Below are positions 35,426 through 44,862 of a DNA stretch of 49,268 bases, one piece after another. Both the position numbers and the translations under genes were made by a program. The stretch spans positions 1-49,268 of the forward strand of contig JBAZCJ010000001.1 of NCBI GenBank assembly GCA_041671005.1. Reading direction: 5' to 3'. Under the pieces are notes generated by a model, which saw only the letters and a program-made list of their open reading frames with translations, had not been told where the DNA came from and ran no database searches. The DNA comes from Candidatus Woesearchaeota archaeon. Lineage in GTDB: Archaea > Nanobdellota > Nanobdellia > Woesearchaeales > DSVV01. The first letter of the stretch is position 1. Every line of letters starts with the position of its first letter.

Positions 35426-35608
35426 ATGAAAGTACGAGAATCTTCAAGTAAATTTATCAAAATCCGCTGTCCAAAATGCAAAAACGAGCAGATTACATTC
35501 GGCAAAAGTTCAACAATAGTTAAATGCCTTGTTTGCACAAAACCACTCGTTGAACCAACAGGCGGAAAATCTCGCGTTAAAGCACGTATATTAGAGGTCC
35601 TTGAATAA
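35426..35608 (+). CDS. rps27e: 30S ribosomal protein S27e
   Basis: C4 zinc ribbon CPKCKNEQ...CLVCTKPL, 60 aa, at the conserved position upstream of aIF2-alpha. Confidence 0.9.
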   Translation: MKVRESSSKFIKIRCPKCKNEQITFGKSSTIVKCLVCTKPLVEPTGGKSRVKARILEVLE

Positions 35609-35609
35609 G

Positions 35610-36404
35610 ATGTTTTACAAACGAGAAGGATATCCAGACGAAGGCGAAGTTGTCCTGTGCACAGTCACAAAAGTTCAGCCTCATTCTGTTTTTGTCCGTC
35701 TCGATGAATTTGATAAAGGTGGCATGATCCACATCAGTGAGGTTTCTCCTGGACGTATTCGAAACATCAGAGACTTTGTTGTTGAAGACAAAGTTATTGT
35801 CTGTCAAGTACTTCGCGTCAATAAAGACCGTGGATATATTGATCTTTCTCTCAGAAGAGTCAACGACAATCTCAAAAGAAAAAAGATTGAAGTAATCAAA
35901 CAAGAACAAAAAGCAGAAAAAATTGTTGAAGCACTTGCTAAAGAAGTTCAAAAACAACCATTAGCAGTATACAAAGAAATATTTACTCCAATCTCAGCAC
36001 ATTATACCCATTTGAGTCAATGCTTCCAAGAGGTTTCTACAGGAGAAATCACATTAGAAGAAGTTGGCGTTCCAAGTATATATATTAAACAATTAAAAGA
36101 AATAATCGGACAACGTATCAAACCAAAAGAAGTTTATGTTGGCGGAAAATTAATGATTCAAAGTTACCTCCCTGATGGCGTTGAAGTTATCAAACAAGTT
36201 CTTCTTGCAGGAATTGCAAAAGGAAAAGATATGCTTACCATGACATATTTAGGTGCAGGTGTATTTAACGTTCTTATCAAAGGCGAAGAATACAAAGAAG
36301 CAGAACATATTTTGGATTCAGTTCTTACTACTATTCAAACTGAACTCGGTAAAAAAGGAACATACGGTTTTACACGCGAAGAAAAGAAAGCAACAGTTGC
36401 ATAA
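35610..36404 (+). CDS. eif2a: translation initiation factor aIF2 alpha subunit
   Basis: S1 domain YPDEGEVVLCTVTKVQPHSVFVRLDEF..GGMIHISEVSPGRIRNIRDFV...GYIDLSLRRV. ATG 35610 has a GAGGT SD. The track TTG start at 35601 is less likely. Confidence 0.9.
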   Translation: MFYKREGYPDEGEVVLCTVTKVQPHSVFVRLDEFDKGGMIHISEVSPGRIRNIRDFVVEDKVIVCQVLRVNKDRGYIDLSLRRVNDNLKRKKIEVIKQEQKAEKIVEALAKEVQKQPLAVYKEIFTPISAHYTHLSQCFQEVSTGEITLEEVGVPSIYIKQLKEIIGQRIKPKEVYVGGKLMIQSYLPDGVEVIKQVLLAGIAKGKDMLTMTYLGAGVFNVLIKGEEYKEAEHILDSVLTTIQTELGKKGTYGFTREEKKATVA

Positions 36405-36427
36405 TTAAAAATCATTTTTAAATTCCT

Positions 36428-36604
36428 ATGGCAAAACACATACTTTATTGCTCAACATGTCAACGATACACAATGCAGCCAGTCTGCACTTGTGGAGAGA
36501 AAACTGCTGAACGAAAACCTGCAAAATTTTCTCCTGAAGATAAATACGCACAATATCGCAGACAGGTAAAACAAGAACAACGCAAAAAAGAGGGATTAGT
36601 ATGA
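36428..36604 (+). CDS. nop10: H/ACA RNP protein Nop10 (58 aa; below the ORF-track cutoff)
   Basis: Own translation: MAKHILYCSTCQRYTMQPVCTCGEKTAERKPAKFSPEDKYAQYRRQVKQEQRKKEGLV. It has a zinc ribbon plus the KFSPEDKY..YRR signature. The GTATGA overlap links it to the next gene. Confidence 0.88.
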   Translation: MAKHILYCSTCQRYTMQPVCTCGEKTAERKPAKFSPEDKYAQYRRQVKQEQRKKEGLV

Positions 36605-37377
36605 ACCAAAATGAATGGCAAGTTCTTAATTTTGAAAAAAAAGTTTCTTTAAAAAATCCAATTCTTATTGTTGGTTTACCTGGCATTGGTAATGTTGGAA
36701 AAATTGTTGTTGATTTTCTTATAGATGAACTCAAAGCAAAAAAATTACATGAGTTCAGATCATTTCATTTTCCTAACACTGTTTTTGTCACAGAAGATAA
36801 CCTTGTCTCATTACCAACAATTGAATTATTTTACAAAAAAGTTGGGAAGTATGATCTCCTTCTTATGTCAGGGGATGTTCAGCCAACATCACAAGAATCC
36901 TGTTATGAATTCTGCACATTAGTACTTGATATGTTCTCTGAATTAAAAGGCAAACAAGTTATTACTCTTGGCGGTATTGGCCTTCAAGAAGTTCCAGATA
37001 CACCAAAAGTTTTCTGCACTGGAACAACAAAAAAAGAAGTTGATGCTTTTGTTAAAGGTACACAATTAAATCCACACATTTATGGTGTTGTCGGTGCATT
37101 TGTTGGTGTTGCAGGTGTCCTTGTAGGATTAGCTGGTCAAAGAAATATTCCTGCAGTATCTATGCTTGCTGAAACATTTGCACACCCATATTATATTGGG
37201 ATTAAAGGAAGCAAAGAAATATTAACTATTCTTAGAAGAAAACTTGGATTAACATTAGACGTTAACAAACTTGACAAAGAAATTAAAGAGTTTGAAAAAG
37301 AACTAATGCAGACAGCTGAACAAATAGATGAATCTCAAAAGATGGGACCTGGAAATCATCAAAGCTATATCGGTTAA
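36601..37377 (+). CDS. PAC2-family proteasome assembly chaperone
   Basis: PILIVGLPGIGNVGKIVVDFLI N-terminal motif. Conserved archaeal synteny S27e-aIF2a-Nop10-PAC2. Confidence 0.75.
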   Translation: MNQNEWQVLNFEKKVSLKNPILIVGLPGIGNVGKIVVDFLIDELKAKKLHEFRSFHFPNTVFVTEDNLVSLPTIELFYKKVGKYDLLLMSGDVQPTSQESCYEFCTLVLDMFSELKGKQVITLGGIGLQEVPDTPKVFCTGTTKKEVDAFVKGTQLNPHIYGVVGAFVGVAGVLVGLAGQRNIPAVSMLAETFAHPYYIGIKGSKEILTILRRKLGLTLDVNKLDKEIKEFEKELMQTAEQIDESQKMGPGNHQSYIG

Positions 37378-37679
37378 TATCCTTGATAATGACGTAATGC
37401 TTTATATCCTGAAGGAGTACCAGTTACTACTCTAACTTCAAGTGCTTCTACTGGTGGATAACCAGTATACATAATAATTGCTTCTTCTAAAACAGGTTCA
37501 ACTGATGCTTGTGCAGGAGTTTCAAGAACTGTAAGAGCTACTAAACCATGTCTTAATGCATGTGCATACCTTCCTTGATCAGAAATCTCTCTTATATCCA
37601 TTTTAGGGTTACCTGAACTAGATCCTTCTACCATACTTTTTAGAAAAAGCCACTTCTTTTTAAATGTTTTCATTACCAT
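37374..37679 (-). CDS. hypothetical small protein (start uncertain)
   Basis: ORF only; convergent 4-nt overlap with the PAC2 gene. Confidence 0.35.
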   Translation of the reverse strand: MVMKTFKKKWLFLKSMVEGSSSGNPKMDIREISDQGRYAHALRHGLVALTVLETPAQASVEPVLEEAIIMYTGYPPVEALEVRVVTGTPSGYKALRHYQGY

Positions 37680-37801
37680 GTGATAACATCACCAGATCAT
37701 CTACTCATAAGTAGTGTAAAAACCACAAAATATATAAATAAGCAATAGTTCACTTTTTCTACTTAAAAGAAGTGAAACCGACCCCGATATATGGTGAGAT
37801 A

Positions 37802-37939
37802 ATGAATTACGACGAAGAAAACATGGATGTAATAAGTGATATTGGTTCAGTAAAAGAGCGAAAGAACTTGCGCACTATCCTCAACAGAGGTAAAATGGAC
37901 AAGTTTGAACTTGACGAATTTCTTTCAACAGAAGTATAA
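37802..37939 (+). CDS. small acidic ORF (45 aa), not in the ORF track
   Basis: GGTGA SD 6 nt upstream. MNYDEENMDVISDIGSVKERKNLRTILNRGKMDKFELDEFLSTEV. Confidence 0.35.
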   Translation: MNYDEENMDVISDIGSVKERKNLRTILNRGKMDKFELDEFLSTEV

Positions 37940-38060
37940 TTTCTATTTTATTATTATTATTGGTTGCGGTTATATAATTGCCATAGATACCACTATTAAG
38001 TAATTAATTATAGTAAAACATATAAACGGATGTTGACACCAAGAGAATAAGTGAATTATT

Positions 38061-39221
38061 ATGACTGATACTCAACCTGATCCAAACAGAACAATTATTG
38101 TTTCTGATGAACAAGCTCTCCGTCTTTATGAAGCATCTCTCTTAGCTAACAGAAAAAAAGGATTATATGGCGCAATGACAAGCCGAAAAGGAATTACAGT
38201 ATTATCACTATTAGTCGCAGGTATGTTTTGGGAAAACATGAACCCATACAACACTAACTCTTATTTAGATCAAGCAATTTCAGCAGCAACTTGTACTGCA
38301 GGAGAACAAAGTCCTAATTTGAATCCACAATCAAGATCTGTCGATAGTATTTATCACACAATAACTGAAGAATTAGATTCCAGTTCTATTGGAGATAAAT
38401 TTATGTTCGGCAGTGAAAAAGATGGGTACTCATTAACAGTTGAAATAACTGAAAAAGGCGTACCAAAAACAGGAACACTCAAAGAATATTCATTAGATCC
38501 TATATTTCAAAGTTTTTGTCATGGATATACACAAATGACAATCACTGAATATAACCATAGTAATTATACAACAAGAACTGCAACACTTGTAGAACCAAAA
38601 GTATATGCGACATTATTTGATTTAATTGGACAAGGATTAGAAGCAGTTGGGTTAGAAGATCAAAGCAGATATGGAATATATGGTCCTGATGCAATCACAC
38701 TTTATGCAAGAAATTGGCCACAAATTTCTGTGGATAATATTCTTGATGAGGCAGGATTCAGGGTTAAAGAGCGAAGTGATATGCAAAGGTATGTAGAATC
38801 TTCTTTCAGAACTAAAAAACAGCGTGAGATAGATGAAAAAGCACAATTAATTAAAAAACAAACAGACGAAAATTATAAAGCTCATCTCACAGGGTTAGAT
38901 GAAATTACTCGAACAGAAATGACAAAATGTAATAAAGTATACAAAAAAGATGATTCTACTGGGAGAACAACATTTGAATATACAACAAAAGCAGGAGATA
39001 CTGCATCTACTGTTGCATCAACATTCAAATATTGTAATGACATCGAAGCATTTTATCCTACAAAATTTCATATATTAATTTCAGACGTCACAAACAAAAA
39101 TGGAAAATCTGCACCAAGAAATCTTAAAGTAGGAGAAAAGTTAATACTTATTCCTTCAGAACCAGGAACTAAAGACTATGCACCAGAAGATTTAACTGTA
39201 AAATATGCACCAGTACAATAA
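38061..39221 (+). CDS. hypothetical protein with C-terminal LysM-like domain
   Basis: YTTKAGDTASTVASTFKY...NLKVGEKLILIP fits the LysM pattern (y-x-V-x-x-GDT-x-x-x-IA...l-x-x-Gq-x-L-x-IP). There is a weak hydrophobic segment near residue 45. Confidence 0.5.
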   Translation: MTDTQPDPNRTIIVSDEQALRLYEASLLANRKKGLYGAMTSRKGITVLSLLVAGMFWENMNPYNTNSYLDQAISAATCTAGEQSPNLNPQSRSVDSIYHTITEELDSSSIGDKFMFGSEKDGYSLTVEITEKGVPKTGTLKEYSLDPIFQSFCHGYTQMTITEYNHSNYTTRTATLVEPKVYATLFDLIGQGLEAVGLEDQSRYGIYGPDAITLYARNWPQISVDNILDEAGFRVKERSDMQRYVESSFRTKKQREIDEKAQLIKKQTDENYKAHLTGLDEITRTEMTKCNKVYKKDDSTGRTTFEYTTKAGDTASTVASTFKYCNDIEAFYPTKFHILISDVTNKNGKSAPRNLKVGEKLILIPSEPGTKDYAPEDLTVKYAPVQ

Positions 39222-39247
39222 AAGTTACTATTCGCCTATTAAAATTT

Positions 39248-39793
39248 TCATGCAGGATTAGAATATACTCTTTCAACATAATATCTTGAAAAAGTAAGAG
39301 CTGCAACTAAGTTAGAAATAACATCCTTACCACCTTTATCTAAATATCGAGCATTTGTGGTTATGAAAAATCTTGCAGCATCTGGTCTTGTTTTTTGAAG
39401 TTGTTCTATAGTATCTGCTGATAATCCTATCAAAGGATACTCAGACAAACCATGATTCTGTAGCCACCTAATTACTTTTGTACCATTTAATGGAAAATTA
39501 GAATCACAAATTATTGCACCAGGTAAATACCGTTCTAAATATTTTCTTCCCATTTGTGCTGTTACAACATTAAGGAACGAAGGATCCTCTTCTACCTGAC
39601 CCACTAATTGATCTATTGTTGAAGATGCTAAACTATCACTTATCTCACGATCAATAGGGCAATGTACTAACTTAAGAGGTTTACCATATGCTTTTATTAA
39701 TGTCTCATTAAATTCAAGGTGATCAACAAGAGGTTCAACATAAGCATACGTGTCTTCTATCCAAAGAACTGTATTTGGTTTTAAGATTGGCAT
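39248..39793 (-). CDS. stand-alone atypical receiver (REC/CheY-like) domain protein with an insertion of about 45 aa
   Basis: VLWIEDT (acidic pocket), AIICDSNFPLNGTKVIRWLQ (cf. CheY FVISDWNMPNMDGLELLK), PLIGLSAD (cf. PVLMVTAE), ARYLDKGG (conserved Lys). Confidence 0.5.
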   Translation of the reverse strand: MPILKPNTVLWIEDTYAYVEPLVDHLEFNETLIKAYGKPLKLVHCPIDREISDSLASSTIDQLVGQVEEDPSFLNVVTAQMGRKYLERYLPGAIICDSNFPLNGTKVIRWLQNHGLSEYPLIGLSADTIEQLQKTRPDAARFFITTNARYLDKGGKDVISNLVAALTFSRYYVERVYSNPA

Positions 39794-39884
39794 AAATTAT
39801 CAGAGAAGATAAATCTTTTTTAAATATTGTCATTGGCCTGAAGAAAAGTGTACAATTAAAGCGTTGATAATTTTTTCTAAATAA

Positions 39885-42092
39885 TTACCCATATCTATAA
39901 TCAACTTCAACTTGGATAGGATATTCTTTTGTTCCCCAAGGCATCATAAACGTAGTCATACCAGAAATCTGCTTGCCATCTTCTGATCTATTGGCAACAA
40001 TACCAATAGGTGTATATCCCATCCCCGAGGTTGAACTAACAGATATCTCTGAACTACTGGGAGCATTGCCTGGTGCAAATAATCCTTCAAACTCACAGCG
40101 TTTATACTCCCTAATTCTTTTGTCAATTCCTGTAAAGTCTCTTTTAGAAATCTCCATATCAACATCATACATCCCAAACTCATCATCACTTCCTGATAAA
40201 CGAATAGGCGCATCACTATCATAAAAATTATCTCCATCAATTTCCCACTGATTATTTTGAGTTCCTTTCAATGTATTCCACAAAATTGTACTTTGCGGTC
40301 CACACTCTTCTGGATATTTTGTTGTTTGTTTTTCTTCATAATTATAATTTAACATTTGGGTTTTAACATAAAATTCATCCCACTCTTCATCATAGATTAA
40401 GGTATCATAAGAGATCATGCTGCTTTGCTGTTCATAATTCTGTGTTAATCCTCCACCAAAATCGAAATCTGTTGTAAATGACCATGAAAATTTTGTATAC
40501 CCATGCCATTCTGGATCACATTCTCCTCGGGTGTCAACAACAAAATCTTTTGTATACGTTTCTCTAGTTTGAGAGTTAGAATAAATTAAAATAACTGCTT
40601 TGACATTTTCTTCAGATCGTGTTTTGCAGAACTTTCGTTCATCAATCGTTGTCCAATCTTCAAGATGCCAAGTATTGCCAATTTTAATCAAGGCTTGACG
40701 TGCATGTTTTTCATCAGACGCAATTTTAAAATTAAAAATAACTTTTTTCAAATTGTCATTAAAAATATAATAATTGTATTTCATAGATAATGGCTGAAGT
40801 TCAACAATAGCTGGAAATTCTCCAGACTCTTCTATATAATTCTCAACAAATGCATCCCCATTTGGACTCATAGAATATGATACGAGTGTTGGTCGTGGAA
40901 AATTAGGAAGGTCTGTATATTGTTCAAATGGTTCTTTGTTCCAATTCCATAATGCATACTCTGCAAAAAAGGTATCAAAAAATTCAAACGAAGTTGCGGC
41001 AGATTCATCATCCATTGTTTTTGCATTAAACAATGGTTCTTTTACCATCTCAAGATTTCCTGTTGATTGAGTCAGGAAAAGATACCACATATATGATTCA
41101 TATTCATGACTCCCATCCCAAAAAATCATTTTTTTTTCTGTATGCTGAAAATATCCTGGTAAGTTTGCCCACTCCATGTTATAATCTGGGTACACATAAT
41201 GCTCTGACCATTCTGCTGTTGCTTCCATAAGCCACATTGTTGGATTTCCTTCATATTTCAAAGGAATTGCAAACTGAAAACAATGAAATAATTCGTGTGC
41301 TGCAGTTGATTGTGTTTTCTTTTGACTTTTATTTGGTGCAACACTCATAACACAACGAGTAAAATTGTTTGTTGTAATCATATCTGCTTCACCACTGCCA
41401 TTGACAATTGGTTTAAGATACAGATAAGACATTTCTGCAGGTCTAACACCTAACAAGGATTCAAACATTGGATACGCTAAAAGAATAGATTCATTAACCC
41501 ATTGCGCCCGCTGTTCATTGCCGGCTTTGTAAAAAATAGTTACTCGCCTATCTGGCTCTTCAGAAATAACTACTTGAAACGATTTCCATATGTCTGCTGC
41601 TTGAACTGATGGAATTATTGAGAATGATTCAAGGACTTCATTTTGTTTTTCATCACTGTAAAAAAAACTTTTAGGATCATCTGGAAGAACGTAGAAAGGT
41701 TCTAGTTTTTCTTTTGTCTGTTCGTCTAACTCATCCCAATGATGATACATCCACCATCTACTTTCCATCGTAAAATCTGTTTCAGGTGCTTCTCCTTGAT
41801 ATTCAGAAGGTAATATATCTGGAGCGTAAGATGCTAATAATGTATACAATACTGCATCTGGTTTTTCTATATTCCCTGCATTCAAGTCTTCATTGATTTT
41901 AGAAATAGAATAAACTGGCAACGGTTCTGCTATTGACAGATTTGCAATTTCTTTGAGATCTTCATCGATGTTTAATGATTGAATTAATAGTCGTGTTGCT
42001 TCTTGATCTGCACTTGTTTTTTCAATAGTTTCTTCTTCACCACAGGACATGAGTAAAAGAAAAAGAGCGAAAACAAGGAAAAATTTGTTCAT
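39885..42092 (-). CDS. large lipoprotein zinc metallopeptidase (HEXXH + downstream Glu, gluzincin-like)
   Basis: MNKFFLVFALFLLLMSCG lipobox. AAHELFHCFQF, then LMEATAEWSE about 25 aa downstream. Start moved to 42092. Confidence 0.6.
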   Translation of the reverse strand: MNKFFLVFALFLLLMSCGEEETIEKTSADQEATRLLIQSLNIDEDLKEIANLSIAEPLPVYSISKINEDLNAGNIEKPDAVLYTLLASYAPDILPSEYQGEAPETDFTMESRWWMYHHWDELDEQTKEKLEPFYVLPDDPKSFFYSDEKQNEVLESFSIIPSVQAADIWKSFQVVISEEPDRRVTIFYKAGNEQRAQWVNESILLAYPMFESLLGVRPAEMSYLYLKPIVNGSGEADMITTNNFTRCVMSVAPNKSQKKTQSTAAHELFHCFQFAIPLKYEGNPTMWLMEATAEWSEHYVYPDYNMEWANLPGYFQHTEKKMIFWDGSHEYESYMWYLFLTQSTGNLEMVKEPLFNAKTMDDESAATSFEFFDTFFAEYALWNWNKEPFEQYTDLPNFPRPTLVSYSMSPNGDAFVENYIEESGEFPAIVELQPLSMKYNYYIFNDNLKKVIFNFKIASDEKHARQALIKIGNTWHLEDWTTIDERKFCKTRSEENVKAVILIYSNSQTRETYTKDFVVDTRGECDPEWHGYTKFSWSFTTDFDFGGGLTQNYEQQSSMISYDTLIYDEEWDEFYVKTQMLNYNYEEKQTTKYPEECGPQSTILWNTLKGTQNNQWEIDGDNFYDSDAPIRLSGSDDEFGMYDVDMEISKRDFTGIDKRIREYKRCEFEGLFAPGNAPSSSEISVSSTSGMGYTPIGIVANRSEDGKQISGMTTFMMPWGTKEYPIQVEVDYRYG

Positions 42093-42135
42093 AAAGAAAA
42101 TGAAATGAAAGAAGAATATAAAGATTTGCAATAAG

Positions 42136-42143
42136 TATTTATA
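42136..42143 (+). promoter_or_regulatory. TATA-like box (tatttata) about 27 nt upstream of ATG 42166
   Basis: aagtatttataggattataaattaataacaattATG. Confidence 0.4.
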
Positions 42144-42165
42144 GGATTATAAATTAATAACAATT

Positions 42166-42774
42166 ATGTTCACTAAAAAGCAACTTGCAATACAACTTTC
42201 TAAACTAAAGAGATTTGAAAACCCTAAAATTCAATTAGAACAATATACTACTGATTCTGAAATAGCTGGAACTGTTCTTTGGGATGCAATGATGAAAGGT
42301 GACATTGCTGACAAAACTATTGCTGATTTAGGTGCAGGAACAGGTATTCTTGGTATTGGAGCATTATTAATCGGTGCAAAACACGTGTATTTTGTTGAAA
42401 AAGATAATGACGCAATAAAAATACTTAAAGAAAATTTAGCATTAATTGAAGATACGAGAACATATACAATAATCCATAAAGAAATAAATGAGTTTGATAC
42501 ACAAGTGGATACAGTACTGCAAAACCCTCCTTTTGGCACACAACAGGTTCATGCAGACAAACCATTCTTGGAAAAAGCATTTAGTATTGCAAAAGCAGTA
42601 TACAGTTTTCACAAAACAACAACTGATTCCTTTGTTCGAGCAATAGCATCTGATTTTAAATTTAAAATTGCAGAAACATATGCTTTCCTTTTTCCACTTC
42701 GAAATACCTATTCACATCACACAAAAAAAGTTGAAAAAATTGAAGTTGTGTGTTATAAATTAGTGAAAGGGTAA
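42166..42774 (+). CDS. SAM-dependent methyltransferase, COG2263 / METTL5-like (putative rRNA m6A methyltransferase)
   Basis: DLGAGTGILG (SAM motif I) and NPPFG (N6-adenine motif IV) in a protein of about 200 aa, typical of the archaeal family. Confidence 0.75.
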   Translation: MFTKKQLAIQLSKLKRFENPKIQLEQYTTDSEIAGTVLWDAMMKGDIADKTIADLGAGTGILGIGALLIGAKHVYFVEKDNDAIKILKENLALIEDTRTYTIIHKEINEFDTQVDTVLQNPPFGTQQVHADKPFLEKAFSIAKAVYSFHKTTTDSFVRAIASDFKFKIAETYAFLFPLRNTYSHHTKKVEKIEVVCYKLVKG

Positions 42775-42791
42775 AATAAAATGTTAAAGAA

Positions 42792-43892
42792 TTATTTTAA
42801 CGCTTCTTCCAGTACAGATTTATGTTGCTGTAAAAACGTTTTGTATACTTCATTTCTAATAACACAATTTCCTCGTGGGTAAGCAATTCCCTGCATAAAA
42901 GTTACTGATTGGGGTTTAATAAATCCATATGTGTGTAGTACTCCTGTTTCTAAAGCATATTGAAAAAAAACAGGATACCCCTCTAATATATCTAATAATT
43001 TACCTCTAGAACTGCTATTTAAACCATGATGTTTATCTTTTTCAGGATTTAATAAATACGAATGAAGTGTAGCAAAATGTGGATCTTGTAACGCAAATGC
43101 AGTTGATTTTAGAAGAGAAATAGCGGCTTCAACATTTTCTTTTGTAACTTTAGATTTCTTTACTTCATTACACAATTGTACACACAATTCTCCTAACCTA
43201 TTTGTTAAATATGGTTGACCAGATACCATCGCATAAATATCTTTAGGAACAGAATCGTCACATGTTAAGTTATTAGCTTTAAATCCCTTCGTTAATAATT
43301 GTAGAGATTCTTCTAATGTTAAATCCTGTAAATAAAAAGGATCTCCTGTAATGTTAAAAGGAGAAACTTCGCGGAAACTATTTTCATTATACTGTGTCGG
43401 ATGTGCTCTATCTGCAAGAACAACAACCGGACATTTTCCTTGTTCTATTGCTTGACGTAAATTATGAAAAAAAGAAGGAACACGATGAGCAACTTCTGTA
43501 AACTCATCAATAAATAAATGCGTCTTGGCAGGAATGTGATAAAAAGTTGTAATGGGTCTGGTCTTAACTTGCTCAGGAATTTCTACACCTAATGTATCTT
43601 GAAAAAGCATTACAGAAAAATCTAGCCAAAATGAGTCCTCACTTAAATCTTGTCTTCCTGCATATGTTTCTAAGGAAACATACACTGCACGGGTTCTATT
43701 TCTTCTGTTTTCCTCTTCAACTAATTTTCTCATTAATGTTGTTTTTCCTGATTGTCTTGATCCTATGACAACAGAAGATCTACGTGAATGTAACTCAGTC
43801 AAAATATGTTCTTCTTGAAAACGAGAAACACGAACTGCATCTATAGGATAATCTGATCCTCGACCTGCAAAAAATCCTTTAACCTCTGCCAT
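42792..43892 (-). CDS. STAND/AAA-type P-loop NTPase (AAA_35- or archaeal-ATPase-like)
   Basis: Walker A GSRQSGKTT, Walker B HLFIDEF, SGQPYLTN helical-domain motif, and C-terminal VIRNEVYKTFL motif common in this ATPase class. Confidence 0.6.
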   Translation of the reverse strand: MAEVKGFFAGRGSDYPIDAVRVSRFQEEHILTELHSRRSSVVIGSRQSGKTTLMRKLVEEENRRNRTRAVYVSLETYAGRQDLSEDSFWLDFSVMLFQDTLGVEIPEQVKTRPITTFYHIPAKTHLFIDEFTEVAHRVPSFFHNLRQAIEQGKCPVVVLADRAHPTQYNENSFREVSPFNITGDPFYLQDLTLEESLQLLTKGFKANNLTCDDSVPKDIYAMVSGQPYLTNRLGELCVQLCNEVKKSKVTKENVEAAISLLKSTAFALQDPHFATLHSYLLNPEKDKHHGLNSSSRGKLLDILEGYPVFFQYALETGVLHTYGFIKPQSVTFMQGIAYPRGNCVIRNEVYKTFLQQHKSVLEEALK

Positions 43893-43898
43893 AATCTG

Positions 43899-44004
43899 AT
43901 AGTAAGAAATAACGATTTAAATAGATTGTTGTGTTTACGTTGATATATCTTACTATTACATTTTAATTGAAAACAGAAGATTTAAATACTTTGTAATAGT
44001 AAGA
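43899..44004. promoter_or_regulatory. three copies of the 9-mer ATAGTAAGA (two direct, one inverted) in the ATPase/Fic divergent promoter
   Basis: Copies at 43899..43907 (+), 43948..43956 (reverse complement, tcttactat) and 43996..44004 (+). Confidence 0.45.
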
Positions 44005-44010
44005 GTTTAA

Positions 44011-44862
44011 ATGATAATAGTTAAGCGCAAAATTGGAAATGAAGAATTTTATTACATCCAATATACTTACAGAAAAAACAAGAAACCAGTTACAATAAGT
44101 AAATATTTAGGGAAAAAATTACCTTCTCAGCAAGAAATTGAAAATTTGAAAAAAAAGCTTCTCTTCGAACAAAAACAAGAACTCTACAAAAAGCTAGAGT
44201 CAGTAAAAGAAAAGTTTCAAAAAAACTGGCAAAAAATCCCTGAATCAGTAAAAGAACAGCAGCTTCATGAAATTGCAATTGCATTTACATATAACACTAA
44301 TGCAATTGAAGGATCAACAATAACACTTGAAGATACACGAGAAATTATTGAACAGCGAATTGCTCCAAAAAAACCTATGCGAGATATTAAAGAAACTGAA
44401 AATCACGCAAAAGTCTTTTTGCAAATGCTCAAAAAACCTGAACAAATAACGGTTTCACTTATTTTACATTGGCATAAAGAATTATTTGAAGAAACAAAAC
44501 TAGAAATAGCAGGAGTGTTTAGAGATTATCTTGTCAGAGTTGGGGATTACAGAGCACCTGATTGGCAAGATGTTGAAAAATTAATGAATGAATTTATTAA
44601 AAAAATTGAAAAAGAATATGAAAATCCTGTTGAACATGCAGCACGAATACATTATCATTTTGAAAAAATACATCCTTTTGGAGATGGAAATGGAAGAGTA
44701 GGAAGATTATTAATGAATCATATTCTTTGGCATGCGAGGTATCCTATGCTTATTATAGAATACAAAAAAAGAGCATCATATTACAAAGCACTGAAAGACG
44801 AAGAACGATTTGTTAAATATTTTATTCGAAGGTATTTAGCAGTACATCAATCATCACTTTGA
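44011..44862 (+). CDS. Fic/DOC-family protein (class II, with N-terminal inhibitory motif)
   Basis: Fic motif HPFGDGNGRVGRLL. Inhibitory helix motif (S/T)xxxE(G/N) = TNAIEG upstream of the core. Confidence 0.85.
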   Translation: MIIVKRKIGNEEFYYIQYTYRKNKKPVTISKYLGKKLPSQQEIENLKKKLLFEQKQELYKKLESVKEKFQKNWQKIPESVKEQQLHEIAIAFTYNTNAIEGSTITLEDTREIIEQRIAPKKPMRDIKETENHAKVFLQMLKKPEQITVSLILHWHKELFEETKLEIAGVFRDYLVRVGDYRAPDWQDVEKLMNEFIKKIEKEYENPVEHAARIHYHFEKIHPFGDGNGRVGRLLMNHILWHARYPMLIIEYKKRASYYKALKDEERFVKYFIRRYLAVHQSSL

